64,000 nt of DNA, from NCBI GenBank assembly GCA_046075485.1, contig JBJTQF010000129.1, positions 1,824 to 65,823 on the forward strand, given 5' to 3'. The notes below the pieces were generated by a model, which saw only the letters and a program-made list of their open reading frames with translations, had not been told where the DNA came from and made no database searches. Source of the DNA: Myxococcota bacterium (GTDB lineage: Bacteria; Myxococcota_A; UBA796; JAJRTE01; JBJTQF01). Each line of letters opens with the position of its first letter. Position 1 is the first letter of the stretch. The position numbers and the translations under genes were made by a program. Below are positions 37,725 through 47,989 of this stretch, one piece after another.

Positions 37725-39053
37725 TCAGATCACCGTTCCAGGCTCGAGCACCCCGTATTTCGGGATGATGATCACCCCTTCGCGGATGAACCAAGCCCCG
37801 TTTTCACCGTCGGCATATTGGAGGTTCCGCTCGTTGGTGAGGCGACAGCCCGCGCCAATACGTGCGTTTTTGTCGATGATCGCTCTGCGCATGACACAGC
37901 CGGGCCCCAGTCCGAGTCCCGGGAGGTTCTCGCTGCTGAAGGCCGCCGCCCGTCGATTTTCGCCGTCAAAGGCATCTGAGCCAAACAGGATGGAGTGGGA
38001 GACCTCACAGCCCGCCCGAATATGCGCACGCACTCCGATGATCGAGCGGGACACCCCGGAAGACTCCACCACCGCACCATCGGCCACCAGCGCCCCGTCC
38101 AGGCTGGACCGATACAGGCGAGCAGGTGGCAAAAACCGCGCATGAGTATAGATGGGCGCTTCGGCATCATGAAAATGAAAGGCCGGATCGTCGAGGGTTA
38201 AGCCCACACTGGCTTCGTAATAGCTCGAGATGGTGCCAATGTCGCGCCAGTAATCGTTATAGACATGACACCAAGTAGAATAATCTCGCACCAGCCGATT
38301 TAAGGTATCTTTGCCCAGATCTTGGTCTTCGGCATGACGCATGAGCTGCTCCAAGACCTCCCGCCGAAACAAATAGATGCCCATAAAACCCAGATACTGC
38401 TCTTCGTGAGGCGCAGGCTGTCGCACCCCAAAGATGGTCCGCTCTTTTTCAGTCAAACGTAAAGGGTCGAGCTGTTCAGGGGTATTCGGCTTGCGCACCA
38501 CTTGCACCAGCCGCCCATTTTCATTGAGCTTAAGCACTCGAAATCGAGCGGCATCGGAGCGCGGAACCACCGCCGCCGCTAAGGTGACATCCGCATTTCG
38601 ATACTCATGCAGCTCCAGCAGTCGGCGCAGATTCAATCGGCACAGGTGATCACCCGGCATGATCAAAACATTCCGAAAAGACGGATTCTGAAGGTAGCGT
38701 AGATTCTGACGAATGGCGTCCGCAGTTCCCTGAAACCAAGAGGGAGAATCAAATCCATATCGCTGCTCAGCGGCCAGAATGGCGACAAAGCCGGTGGCAA
38801 AGGCATCAAATTTATAAGTACGCGCGACATGATTGTTGAGGGAGGCAGAGTTATGCTGCGTGAGCACAAAGATCTGCCGCAGTCCCGAGTTGATGGCATT
38901 GGAGAGTGCCACGTCAATAAAGCGGAACTTTCCACCCAGGGGCACCGCTGGTTTACACCGCTCACGGGTCAGCGGAAAAAGACGGGTGCCCTGTCCGCCG
39001 CCCAAAATCAGGCAGACGGTCTCGCGTTGGAGGTTGTCGGTGAGCATAGGCAA
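37725..39053 (-). CDS. glgC: Glucose-1-phosphate adenylyltransferase
   Basis: LILGGGQGTRLFPLTRERCKPAVPLGGKFRFIDVALSNAINSG is the hallmark GlgC N-terminus. About 440 aa with a C-terminal left-handed beta-helix. Confidence 0.85.
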   Translation of the reverse strand: MPMLTDNLQRETVCLILGGGQGTRLFPLTRERCKPAVPLGGKFRFIDVALSNAINSGLRQIFVLTQHNSASLNNHVARTYKFDAFATGFVAILAAEQRYGFDSPSWFQGTADAIRQNLRYLQNPSFRNVLIMPGDHLCRLNLRRLLELHEYRNADVTLAAAVVPRSDAARFRVLKLNENGRLVQVVRKPNTPEQLDPLRLTEKERTIFGVRQPAPHEEQYLGFMGIYLFRREVLEQLMRHAEDQDLGKDTLNRLVRDYSTWCHVYNDYWRDIGTISSYYEASVGLTLDDPAFHFHDAEAPIYTHARFLPPARLYRSSLDGALVADGAVVESSGVSRSIIGVRAHIRAGCEVSHSILFGSDAFDGENRRAAAFSSENLPGLGLGPGCVMRRAIIDKNARIGAGCRLTNERNLQYADGENGAWFIREGVIIIPKYGVLEPGTVI

Positions 39054-39123
39054 TCACGCTGGCCGCATCACACGGGCCGATAGAATGTGAAGATGAAACC
39101 ACTTGGGCGAAGAGACCCTCTCA

Positions 39124-39429
39124 TCAGCTCCCGTGGCAGCGTTTATACTTTTTGCCGCTGCCACACGGACACGGATCGTTACGCCCCAGCTTCTCAAGGG
39201 TCTCGGGACGAGGCGGCATGGCTTGAGGCCGCAGGCGATGGGCCAGCTCCCGAAACAGCTCCAAGACCGCTTCTTGTTCGTCTGGGCTGGGGTTATCCCA
39301 ATCCGGCTCGAGCTCTTCTTCGTCAGGCGTCTGAGACAATCCCAGCTCAGGCGTCTGCACACCTTCTAAGCTCAGCGGTGGATTTTCAGGAGCCTCTGGC
39401 CCCGGCGGATATTGTGCAGAGTGTCCCAT
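39124..39429 (-). CDS. SEC-C metal-binding-motif protein
   Basis: C-terminal [16 protein letters not shown] is the SecA C-terminal zinc-binding (SEC-C) motif. Acidic N-terminus. Confidence 0.6.
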   Translation of the reverse strand: MGHSAQYPPGPEAPENPPLSLEGVQTPELGLSQTPDEEELEPDWDNPSPDEQEAVLELFRELAHRLRPQAMPPRPETLEKLGRNDPCPCGSGKKYKRCHGS

Positions 39430-39565
39430 TCAGTGCTCATCTGTGTGCGTTTGAATCTCAAGTGCCTGCTCAAATAATCAAGCATACTTGCGCCTTCTCC
39501 GTCAATTCTTTATGATAACCTCGCAAAATCTATGCTTCAAACTCGTACACCGCTAAGGAGACAGT

Positions 39566-40402
39566 GTGGACACGCTGGAAAAAGTCAGAGGGCAACATGG
39601 CATCGTCGGACGTCAACAGGAGCTGGAAGCCCTCTTTGCCTGCCTCAGCGCCGGTCGGCATGTGCTGCTCGAAGGTCCGGTGGCCGTCGGGAAAACGGCG
39701 CTCGCCCGAGCCTGCGCGGAGGTGCTCGAGCGTGGGGTGCTGCGGGTCGATGGGGATGGGCGCTTCACCGAGCAAAAGCTGGTGGGCCAGTTTGACCCGC
39801 CCGTGGTCATGCGCGAAGGGTATCACGCCGGTGCGTTCCTCCGAGGACCGCTGGTCCAAGCGATGGAGCAAGGGTCCATTCTCTTCATCAACGAGCTCAA
39901 CCGCATGCCCGAAGGGGTCCAGAATGTGCTCCTGCCGGTGCTCGACGAGGGCTCGCTGGTGGTGCCTCATCTGGGTCAGCTCCGCGCGGCACCTGGATTT
40001 TCGGTCATCGCCACGATGAACCCGAGGGAGTTTGTGGCCACCGGGCATCTCTCGGAAGCACTGCTCGACCGCTTCGAGCTGATTCAGCTCCGCCATCAGT
40101 CGGAGGCGGAGGAGCTGGAGATCGTGCTCCGCCATACACGTCCGCCCACACCGGATCGGGCGCTGGCGGAAGAAGCGGTGGCCATCGTGCGCCGGACTCG
40201 CCAGCATCCCCGCATTCGTCGAGGAGCCAGTGTCCGCGCAGCCATCGCACTGGTGGAGGTCGCGCGTGCGTTGGGGGGCATCGAGGCGCTCTCGCGTGCC
40301 GCTCAGGTGGCGCTCCCCGGTCGTATCGAGCTGCGTGAGGCTCAAGAGGGGGTCATGGAAGGGGTGCTGCTCGAGGTGGCGCCCGAGAAAAAAAAAAGAT
40401 AA
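39566..40402 (+). CDS. MoxR-like AAA+ ATPase
   Basis: GTG start with an AAGGAG RBS. Walker A LEGPVAVGKT, Walker B ILFINELNR, sensor region. Length about 280 aa. Confidence 0.7.
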   Translation: MDTLEKVRGQHGIVGRQQELEALFACLSAGRHVLLEGPVAVGKTALARACAEVLERGVLRVDGDGRFTEQKLVGQFDPPVVMREGYHAGAFLRGPLVQAMEQGSILFINELNRMPEGVQNVLLPVLDEGSLVVPHLGQLRAAPGFSVIATMNPREFVATGHLSEALLDRFELIQLRHQSEAEELEIVLRHTRPPTPDRALAEEAVAIVRRTRQHPRIRRGASVRAAIALVEVARALGGIEALSRAAQVALPGRIELREAQEGVMEGVLLEVAPEKKKR

Positions 40403-40437
40403 AACTGGCCACGGAGGATCTCAGCAAGACCGCCTCC

Positions 40438-41313
40438 ATGCAATATGAGGACGACCGCGACCGCAGCTCACCCTTTATTCCCAACCCAGAGGCGGGTGAT
40501 GAGGAGGCCATGCTCCCCGAAGGATGGGAGGCGGCCATCGAATACCACCGGCTCAAGCGGATCATCCCCGAGGGTCGTGTACGTGCGCGGGTGCGTGAGG
40601 CGGCGATTTCGGCGGTGCTCCAGCAGGCGATGGAGTGTGTTCGGCATGCTTCTCGTCCGATGCGGATCCGGGAGCAGGCGTGGCAGGAAGCGCCGGGGGG
40701 GGATATCGACCTGGAGCAGACACTCGACGCGGGTTATCTGCTGGAGCCGGAAGATCCTCAGCGGCTGCGGGTCTTACAACGAGAGGCGCGTGAGGCGGAT
40801 GTGGTGCTGATCCTCGACATGAGCTTGTCCATGACCGGTGAGAAGATCGCGCTGGTGGCGGTGGCAACAACGGTGTTGGCCTTTACCTTGCCAGCGGAGC
40901 GGCTCGGGCTGGTGGTCTTTGATTCTCAAGCGCATGTGCTCAAGCGGCTGGGGGAGGTGTTGCCGTTGCGGGAGCTGGTGCGGCGGCTGCTGGAGTTTCC
41001 GGCGAAGGGCTACACACACCTCTCGGATGGGCTGCGTAAGGGGCTCGAGGTGCTCCGGGAAGGCCGTCAAGCGGTTCGCTGTGGTGTTTTGATGTCGGAT
41101 GGGGTCTATAATGTAGGCTGGGATCCTGCGCCGCTGGCGACCCTCTATCCTCGGCTGCATGTGATCCAGGTGGGGGAGGGAGATGTCGAGTCTCGTGACA
41201 AGGGGCTCAGTCGCCGCATGGCCAGCAACGGGCGAGGCCGGTATGCACGCGCCGAACGTTATGAGGAGCTGCCTTCGATGACTTGGCGGCTGGTGCAGGA
41301 TCTCTTCCGCTGA
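40438..41313 (+). CDS. von Willebrand factor A (VWA) domain protein, partner of the MoxR ATPase
   Basis: MIDAS-like VLILDMSLSM and downstream VLMSDG. Directly follows the MoxR gene, which is the canonical pairing. Confidence 0.65.
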   Translation: MQYEDDRDRSSPFIPNPEAGDEEAMLPEGWEAAIEYHRLKRIIPEGRVRARVREAAISAVLQQAMECVRHASRPMRIREQAWQEAPGGDIDLEQTLDAGYLLEPEDPQRLRVLQREAREADVVLILDMSLSMTGEKIALVAVATTVLAFTLPAERLGLVVFDSQAHVLKRLGEVLPLRELVRRLLEFPAKGYTHLSDGLRKGLEVLREGRQAVRCGVLMSDGVYNVGWDPAPLATLYPRLHVIQVGEGDVESRDKGLSRRMASNGRGRYARAERYEELPSMTWRLVQDLFR

Positions 41314-41343
41314 GGCATGATTCACGCAATAAGATAGGAGCAT

Positions 41344-41754
41344 ATGCGCATGAACGCATGGATGAAGATACCGCAGGGGCTGCTGATGGTGGTGGGGCTC
41401 AGCTTCGCACAGGGCTGTGGGGAGGTGAGTGAGGGAGGACCGGTGTTGCTCTCGGCTCAGGTGAGCTGCTCGGGGGAGGACGCTTGGAGCTTCCAGGCTC
41501 AGGTGTCGGATCCGACGGGGGCGGAGGACATCGCGCAGGTGTATGTGGATGTTTATGACTTGGATATCAGCCTGGACACATCGATTGGCAGCTTGGATCT
41601 GTCGAACGGAGGGGATGGGGTGTGGACGGCGGAGGCTCAACCTTCGGCGGGCAATGGGCTGGGGGCGTGTGAGCGGAAGGACCGCTTCGAGTTCGACTTT
41701 TTTGTGCGAGACTTCGCGGGGGGTCAAGATGGTGGCTCCACGGTGGCAGAATAA
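41344..41754 (+). CDS. Small lipoprotein, paralogue 1
   Basis: Signal plus lipobox FAQGC. Shares the VYVDV(Y/V)D...D and CE(R/Y)..(R/Y)..F(E/D)FDF(F/W) segments with the next gene. Confidence 0.5.
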   Translation: MRMNAWMKIPQGLLMVVGLSFAQGCGEVSEGGPVLLSAQVSCSGEDAWSFQAQVSDPTGAEDIAQVYVDVYDLDISLDTSIGSLDLSNGGDGVWTAEAQPSAGNGLGACERKDRFEFDFFVRDFAGGQDGGSTVAE

Positions 41755-41922
41755 GGGTGGCAGCAAGATTTTTTGAGGGTCTCTGAATAAGTGTCGAGGG
41801 GGCGCGTCTTGAGAGTGTACGCAACGACGTTCAAAGGCCAGGTGCTCAAATCCTCCGCTTGGCGCTTCTCAGTCACAGATGATGCGGGTGTTTTCCCGCT
41901 TGATGTATCAGGAGTCACGATC

Positions 41923-42396
41923 ATGAACGCAATGAATCCTCTGAAGCAGGCTCTTTCTCGAATGATGGCGTTGGCGGGCGTGCTGGCGATCAGTGCTTCC
42001 ACGGCGGGTTGTTTGGTGGTGGTGGATGATAACGATCCGTATGGTCCTTATAACAGTGCGCCGTATTTTGTGGACACGGAGCTGTATGTGAACTGCGGTT
42101 GGGACAGCTACTACCAACAATATCGCTGGGATTTCCAGGCGTTTGTGGATGATCCAGATGGTCCGTTGGATGTCCATGAGGTCTATGTGGACGTGGTGGA
42201 CACGTACATCGACCCGACAGGGCCAGTGGAGAGCTGGAATCTGGTGTATGACGGGAATGGCTGGTGGTCCAACTACATCTATGAGCAGTATTCCGGGTAT
42301 CTGACCTGCGAATACTACTATGATTATGAGTTCGACTTCTGGGCGATTGATACGGGGAATGCGACGGACTCCGTGACGTATGTGCCGTATTACTGA
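41923..42396 (+). CDS. Small lipoprotein, paralogue 2 (Tyr/Asp-rich)
   Basis: ATG 41923 with an AGGAG RBS. Lipobox STAGC. Conserved blocks in common with 41344..41754. Confidence 0.5.
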   Translation: MNAMNPLKQALSRMMALAGVLAISASTAGCLVVVDDNDPYGPYNSAPYFVDTELYVNCGWDSYYQQYRWDFQAFVDDPDGPLDVHEVYVDVVDTYIDPTGPVESWNLVYDGNGWWSNYIYEQYSGYLTCEYYYDYEFDFWAIDTGNATDSVTYVPYY

Positions 42397-42484
42397 GGGG
42401 TCTGAGGTTCCGCGCGGACCTACTTCGATGCACCTCCCGCCTGCCGGACTCCAGCCGAGCTTCCACCCGCACACACCTCACGGC

Positions 42485-43267
42485 TCACCCGCGCGTCTGA
42501 AAACGTCGCCGATAGTCTCGAGGAAGTTCTCCCACAAAACGCTCAAACGCTCCGGTAAAAGCCCCCAGACTCTCAAAGCCGACCTCAAAGGCCACCTCCG
42601 TCACCCGTGCGCCCGGCAGGGAGAGCAGCTCCATCGCCTTCAGCAGCCGGGCATCGTGGAGAAACTGCCGCCAAGTGGAGCCGGTCTCCTGTTCAAAACG
42701 TCGCGCGAGCGTCCGCACCGAGAGACCCGCCGCCTTCGCGCCCTCTTCCATCCCGATGGGCTCTCCCAGGTGCTCCAGGGCAAACTGCATGGCCTTCTGA
42801 AGCTCGGGAGACTGAGCAGTCGGGAGACGCCACAGCCCTGCCGTCTCCGCCCAAGCCAGGGCCAGCTCCCCCAAGACCAGTAGAAAACGTTCGGCGTGAG
42901 CTTCTCGATGGGGGCGCTCTGGACCATACCGGCGGGCAAACAACATCAGCTCTCGGCCCAGCGTATCCAGCGCAAAGACCCGGGTGCTGCTCAACACTCG
43001 AGGCAGGAAGCTGGGCTGAAAATACACCGTGGCCAGCTCCGCTTCCCGTGCGAAGACCCGATGTGGCGTGCCACTCGGAATCCAGGCCGCTCTCTGAGGC
43101 GGCAGGAGCCACTGCGCGTCCTCCACCCACAAGTGCAGCATCCCCTCTGAAGCGTAGAGAAGCTGCTCGTGCTGATGACGATGCCAGTCCGTCTGAACCG
43201 CATGTAAGGACTCACAGAGCGAAAAAGCGGGATGTTCGAGAGTGTCCAGGTCGAGCCGTTCTTTCAT
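42485..43267 (-). CDS. AraC-family transcriptional regulator (cupin sensor + AraC HTH)
   Basis: C-terminal double HTH (GLSVRTLARRFEQETGSTWRQF... EVAFEVGFESLGAFTGAFERFVG). N-terminal cupin-like region with HRHQHEQL. Confidence 0.75.
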   Translation of the reverse strand: MKERLDLDTLEHPAFSLCESLHAVQTDWHRHQHEQLLYASEGMLHLWVEDAQWLLPPQRAAWIPSGTPHRVFAREAELATVYFQPSFLPRVLSSTRVFALDTLGRELMLFARRYGPERPHREAHAERFLLVLGELALAWAETAGLWRLPTAQSPELQKAMQFALEHLGEPIGMEEGAKAAGLSVRTLARRFEQETGSTWRQFLHDARLLKAMELLSLPGARVTEVAFEVGFESLGAFTGAFERFVGELPRDYRRRFQTRG

Positions 43268-43429
43268 CGGGTGCTCCACAAGATGGCAGCCAATCGTAAA
43301 TAAATGGCAGATCCTCGAAAGCACGTCAAGGGGCTCCCGTGTATACTCTGAAACATTCACCGGGGCGGGGCCAGACGTTCCCCGAGCCCCCGAAGCTCCC
43401 AAGTCACGCTTTATCCAAAAGGATCGATC

Positions 43430-44401
43430 ATGAAGACCTTTACGCGCATCAGCCTCTCATCTCTGAGCATGTTTATGTTGACCTCGCTTATGGCAAGCTG
43501 CTCGCCCGCAGAAGAGCAGGCGCTCGAGGTTCACACGTTTACCTCCGATGGCAGCGGATTTGATACCCACAGCTACTGGGTGGATACCGGACGGGAGGTG
43601 GTGGTCTTTGATGCTCAGTTTACCCCCGCTCTGGCGGAACAGATGCGCGCGGAGATCCGCAGTCTCACCGCGTCACCGGTGCGGTACGTGGTGGTGACCC
43701 ATCCCAATCCGGACAAGTTTAATGGGGCGAGTGTCTTCCAAGCAGAAGGGGCCACTCTGGTAGCCTCGTCGGAGACCGCTGCTGCCATGCCTGGGGTGCA
43801 TGCGTATAAAGAGGCGTACTTTACCGGGGTCGGGATGTTCGCGGAAGGCACTTACCCTGCCCTGCCCACAGTGGACATGACCTTCGACGGGACGCTTCGG
43901 CTGGAGCTCGACGCGGATGTGGACATCACACTGCATACGCTGAGTGGTCCCGGGGTCAGCAGCACGCAGACGGTGGCCCTCTTGCAGGGAGCGGTCATCG
44001 CAGGGGATCTATTTGCGAACCAGGTGCATGCCTGGCTGGAAGGTGGCATCGTCGAAGGCGCTCCGCGCCCCACCCTCGAGAGCTGGCAGGCGATGCTCGA
44101 TGAGGTGACACGCCTGTCTGACGCAGCGGCTCAGGTGTATCCCGGACGCGGTGAGCCGGCACCGCTGGAGGAGGCGAGCGCGGCTCAGCAGCTCTACCTG
44201 GAGACGATGGAGGGGCTGGTGGAGACGTATGTCAACACGCTCCCCGATGCGGCGGAGGCGCTGACGGGGGAGCAAGCCTCGACGCACTATGCCAACATCA
44301 CGGCGGAGGCAGAGAAGGCTTTTCCCACGTATGGGCTCTCGTATTTGGTGAGTTATGGGGTGTACGGGCTGGCGCTGCAAAAGGCCGGGGTGCTGGAGTA
44401 A
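43430..44401 (+). CDS. MBL-fold metallo-hydrolase lipoprotein
   Basis: Signal plus lipobox LMASCS. HxHxDK-like VVVTHPNPDKFNG and overall beta-lactamase-fold pattern. Divergent from the AraC regulator. Confidence 0.55.
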   Translation: MKTFTRISLSSLSMFMLTSLMASCSPAEEQALEVHTFTSDGSGFDTHSYWVDTGREVVVFDAQFTPALAEQMRAEIRSLTASPVRYVVVTHPNPDKFNGASVFQAEGATLVASSETAAAMPGVHAYKEAYFTGVGMFAEGTYPALPTVDMTFDGTLRLELDADVDITLHTLSGPGVSSTQTVALLQGAVIAGDLFANQVHAWLEGGIVEGAPRPTLESWQAMLDEVTRLSDAAAQVYPGRGEPAPLEEASAAQQLYLETMEGLVETYVNTLPDAAEALTGEQASTHYANITAEAEKAFPTYGLSYLVSYGVYGLALQKAGVLE

Positions 44402-44541
44402 AAGCCAGCAGGAAGAGGGGAGGGGCACACGCGCCTCAGAGGTGACAGAACAGCGGGCTCTACGCAGGCTCAAGAGTAGCGTGACGCATCAGACGGTACA
44501 TCAATACAAAAATGACTCTCCATCTGATGCGTTATGCTCAC

Positions 44542-45084
44542 TCATGTTTTGGAGGATGAGGACTCTAGCTTGATCGCCGCCAGCTTGTCCTGCAACGTTC
44601 CAAAAGACTGCGAAGGGGTGCCCTCCGTGTACGGCGCAGCGGAAGGTGCTCCAGTTCGACCCGCGACGGTATGATCCGCCCGAGCCTGCCCGGGCCGCTG
44701 TCCCGAGGGATAAGCGGTTCGTGTGCCTGCACCACCGCCATCACCTCCCGAAATCCTTGCTCGTTCTGTCTGTGTTGATTGCTGGGCGCGGGCCAGACGC
44801 CTGAGCCAGCCAAGCTGCCAGCGCAGGTCTGCTTCCGTGGGAGCAAGCGACTGATGTACTGTGTGCAGTAGCCAATCCAACACCTCCTTGTGAGCCTTTT
44901 CGATCTCCTCTCGCGCGGTGAAAGCCGTGTTCTCCAGGCGCTCGAGCAGCTCGACGGCGTCCTGGACACTTCCGCCCTGTGCCAGACATTCGAGCGCATC
45001 CTGCATAAAACGTTCATGGTTTGACGTGTTCATACCGGCGGCGGCCTGTTCTAACTTTTGGAGCGTGTGGGTCTTCGAATGCAC
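44542..45084 (-). CDS. Small alpha-helical protein, candidate Cas11 (Csm2-like small subunit); last gene of the cas operon
   Basis: GTG start with a GGGAGG RBS 8 nt upstream, 1 nt after the upstream RAMP stop. Predicted all-helical about 110-aa core plus a disordered Gly/Ala-rich tail. Assignment is by position and composition only. Confidence 0.35.
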   Translation of the reverse strand: MHSKTHTLQKLEQAAAGMNTSNHERFMQDALECLAQGGSVQDAVELLERLENTAFTAREEIEKAHKEVLDWLLHTVHQSLAPTEADLRWQLGWLRRLARAQQSTQTERARISGGDGGGAGTRTAYPSGQRPGQARADHTVAGRTGAPSAAPYTEGTPSQSFGTLQDKLAAIKLESSSSKT

Positions 45085-45085
45085 G

Positions 45086-46150
45086 TCAACAACCTCCCTG
45101 ATGCAGCGTGATCAGTTGTTTTTCGCCCTCGTTCCATCGATCTTCCCAGCTCACAAAGTGGTCACGAAGCGTCGCACGCTCCATCGATACAAGGTGCCGT
45201 TGGTGATCGTAGAGCTCAATGGACTTCAGCTCCGGCTTGACACGACCGAAGCCGAGCGCACGACCTGCGCCGACCTTGAGATAGGAGGCAGGCTCACATC
45301 CCAGAGCGGTCAGCAGTCCCCCGAGCTCCTCCGGCAAGAGGTTCTGAAAGATCAGCGTGCCGGTGAGCCAGACGTTTTTTGGGATCACCTCGACCTTAAA
45401 GGGCTTGGGCTTTTTGGCATTCGGCGCAGGCGCAGGCGCAGAGACGGTGGCGGTGCTGTTCGAGAGGGCAAATTTACGCCCGTGCAGCGTGCTCACCTCA
45501 AAGTAGGCGTCGCTGTTGGGTGACGATTTTCTTGCAACCCCCAGATGGTGGAGGTTCGGGCTAAACTGAGCTGGGAGTTCCGCCAGCTCAGTGGTCTCGC
45601 CAGACGGTACTGCATACGCTTCTAAGACCAAGTCTGAGCAGGTGAGACGCCCTCGTTGACTCTCTCTGCCTGCACATCCAAAGAGCGCACACGCCGGACA
45701 CATCATTGCGGCGCGCGGATCCACTTGACAGCGATGGAAGGCCGCCCCCTGTATGGCACTCGGGAGGAGCTGCGCGTACCCCACGCGAGTGGTGGAGCGG
45801 ATCTTCTCTTTGTTATGGGCTTTGAGCTTGGTCACACTCACGCAGCTCTTGGTGAGGGCTTCATAACGAGCCCGGAGCAGTCCTTTTAAGCTGGAGCCCG
45901 GAATACCAAGCTGGCCTGCGATGCGCATGCAGCTCCGCACCACCTCGCCGTTGACCAGACGTTTCCCCCCAGAGCCGACATGAACCGGCTGCTCGGTCAA
46001 GAAACGGATCTCCAAACGCCCCGAGAGTGTGCCTTCGCAGCGTCGATCCAGCCTCGCCTCGCGACGCCGTTTACACGCCACATGGGGAGAAACCTGTACA
46101 AACTCATAGCCCTGTGGGATCTGCTTTTTGGAGAGAGTCGATGAGCTCAT
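45086..46150 (-). CDS. cas7: Type III Cas7-family RAMP protein (Csm3/Csm5/Cmr-like)
   Basis: G-rich loop GIPGSSLKGLLRARYEAL. Cys cluster CPACALFGC (RAMP zinc-finger/FG motif). Start overlaps the upstream gene stop (ATGA). Confidence 0.75.
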   Translation of the reverse strand: MSSSTLSKKQIPQGYEFVQVSPHVACKRRREARLDRRCEGTLSGRLEIRFLTEQPVHVGSGGKRLVNGEVVRSCMRIAGQLGIPGSSLKGLLRARYEALTKSCVSVTKLKAHNKEKIRSTTRVGYAQLLPSAIQGAAFHRCQVDPRAAMMCPACALFGCAGRESQRGRLTCSDLVLEAYAVPSGETTELAELPAQFSPNLHHLGVARKSSPNSDAYFEVSTLHGRKFALSNSTATVSAPAPAPNAKKPKPFKVEVIPKNVWLTGTLIFQNLLPEELGGLLTALGCEPASYLKVGAGRALGFGRVKPELKSIELYDHQRHLVSMERATLRDHFVSWEDRWNEGEKQLITLHQGGC

Positions 46151-47091
46151 GTCGCCCCTCCCAGTGTGTTGCGTGCATGTTCTAACCAGGTTTGAAGCTG
46201 CTCCGGTGAGGGCTCAAAGCGAACTGCCAGCCCTCGGCGAAGTCCTGGTTCACCGGTCAGCTCAGCGTCCGGCTCCAGACCGTAGTCCAGCCGTTCCCGC
46301 TCCGTCGCCAGCCTGCCCACGCCGGTTGCTGGAGCACCCTCTCGCCCAGACTGCTCATGCAGAAAGGACTCCACATGCACCCGCACGAAGCCCAGCCCTC
46401 GACTCTTGCCAGAGCCAAGCTGGACAAAACCGAGGTTGAGCTCTTCAAGGGCCGAGGCGACCAGCCCAAGCTGCCAGAGCTGATAGTTTTCAAAGCTCAG
46501 CTCGCCCCAGAAAGAGACCCCCACTGGCACCAGCTCTTGATCAAACGGACCATCGGCCACCGAACCCTTGATGCGGTCAATGGCCACATTCAGCCGAAGT
46601 TCCGTCTTGTTGGCCGCTTGGAGGTTGTGGAGCTGCGCCGCTGAGAGCGGCTCCTCTTGGTTCGGCCAGGGAAAGAAGTCTCGCACTCCGACTCGTCCCT
46701 TGAGGACCGTGGAGCCAAAAGTACGACATGCCGAACAGTGCATTTTGTAAACGTCAGAGGTGGAGAGGGGAGGCTCCTGCTTACGGCGCTTGTGAACACG
46801 AACACTACATGACAGTTCCTGTTCTTTCTTGTTTTCAAATGGATTACACGCCCCTTGCCGCGTCCCAAAAGACGACCCCCGAATGCTCGCTTCCACCGCC
46901 GCACGTAACACCCCCTTAAAGCTCGAGCCCGGGATGTAAACGGTCGAGCCATGCTGAAGGTGTCGCGTCCGAACACACACCAAGTCCGCCAGTGTGGGAT
47001 CCAAGCCTGCAAATCCCGCTCGAATGAGCAGCGGCGAAACCGTCTCGAGACGAAGGCGGAGCACCGCCCGATTATAGCTCTTACGAAACAT
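46147..47091 (-). CDS. cas7: Type III Cas7-family RAMP protein (Csm3/Cmr4-like)
   Basis: YIPGSSFKGVLRAAVEA G-rich loop. CSACRTFGS. C-terminal GSGKSRGLG glycine-rich segment. Confidence 0.8.
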   Translation of the reverse strand: MFRKSYNRAVLRLRLETVSPLLIRAGFAGLDPTLADLVCVRTRHLQHGSTVYIPGSSFKGVLRAAVEASIRGSSFGTRQGACNPFENKKEQELSCSVRVHKRRKQEPPLSTSDVYKMHCSACRTFGSTVLKGRVGVRDFFPWPNQEEPLSAAQLHNLQAANKTELRLNVAIDRIKGSVADGPFDQELVPVGVSFWGELSFENYQLWQLGLVASALEELNLGFVQLGSGKSRGLGFVRVHVESFLHEQSGREGAPATGVGRLATERERLDYGLEPDAELTGEPGLRRGLAVRFEPSPEQLQTWLEHARNTLGGAT

Positions 47092-47989
47092 GTTGAGCCT
47101 CCTTTACCACAAGCGCCAGTGCCTGACGATACTTCTCTAGGCGCTCCAAGAGGTCATCTCCGTTGAGTTTTTCGACACCTTTCCCTTCCAGTAGGCTGCG
47201 AGCATCCAGTCGTTCAAGCGAATCCCAGTGCAGAGAGACACGCCCCAACCCTCGCGAGGTGAAGCCCCCCAGCGCCGTAAACCCTTCGTGGAGCTGGTCA
47301 AAGCCCACGGTCAGCAGTCCCATCGCCCAGGGGGACGGATTGTCAACAAAGACCTCCAGGGTAAAACGAGCGCCTGGCGAGACCACCTCAAAGTCGTACT
47401 TCTGGCTGTTGTGAACAGTACGCAGATCCCGATCAATGGCCACACCATCCCGAAGTTCAATGGGAAGGCGACGACGGCCTCGCCATGCTCGCTCCTGAAG
47501 CAGCAGGTCCGAGAAGCGTACATGGCTGGCCACCGCCCGGGAGCCCAGGATACGACAGATGCAGCAATGCTGCTCCAGCTTCACGGCGTCGTGCCTGCCT
47601 CGTCGATGCCAGCCGCAGCTTCCAGTGCCGTTGCGCTGATCGGACTCCGCCTCGAGCAGCGGATCGCAGGCCCACAGCCCCGAGGTGGGAGGCAAGTCCG
47701 CACCACGAACCAGCGCCTCCAGGGTGGCACGAATGGCTCCCTTCAGGCTGCTACCCGGAATGAATGGGAACCCATCTGCATCTCGCATGACGGGCAGATC
47801 GACGGCGTTGAGCTCGTCGGAGTCTCCCCCGCCGATCCGAAGCCCGGTCTGAGCGACCAACGAGCCCCTGAGCACCAGTCGCTCTCGAAGTGTATGAAAG
47901 TTCGCCACTTCTTCGGCGGAGATCTCAGTGCGGTTCGGGGGGAATGGTGGAGCGGTGAGTGGCTCCTGCTCTGACCTCTCGATGCTCAT
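47081..47989 (-). CDS. cas7: Type III Cas7-family RAMP protein (Csm3/Cmr4/Cmr6-like)
   Basis: FIPGSSLKGAIRATLEAL. CCICRILGS. GGFTSRGLGRV glycine-rich segment. 11-nt overlap with the downstream gene. Confidence 0.8.
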   Translation of the reverse strand: MSIERSEQEPLTAPPFPPNRTEISAEEVANFHTLRERLVLRGSLVAQTGLRIGGGDSDELNAVDLPVMRDADGFPFIPGSSLKGAIRATLEALVRGADLPPTSGLWACDPLLEAESDQRNGTGSCGWHRRGRHDAVKLEQHCCICRILGSRAVASHVRFSDLLLQERAWRGRRRLPIELRDGVAIDRDLRTVHNSQKYDFEVVSPGARFTLEVFVDNPSPWAMGLLTVGFDQLHEGFTALGGFTSRGLGRVSLHWDSLERLDARSLLEGKGVEKLNGDDLLERLEKYRQALALVVKEAQHVS

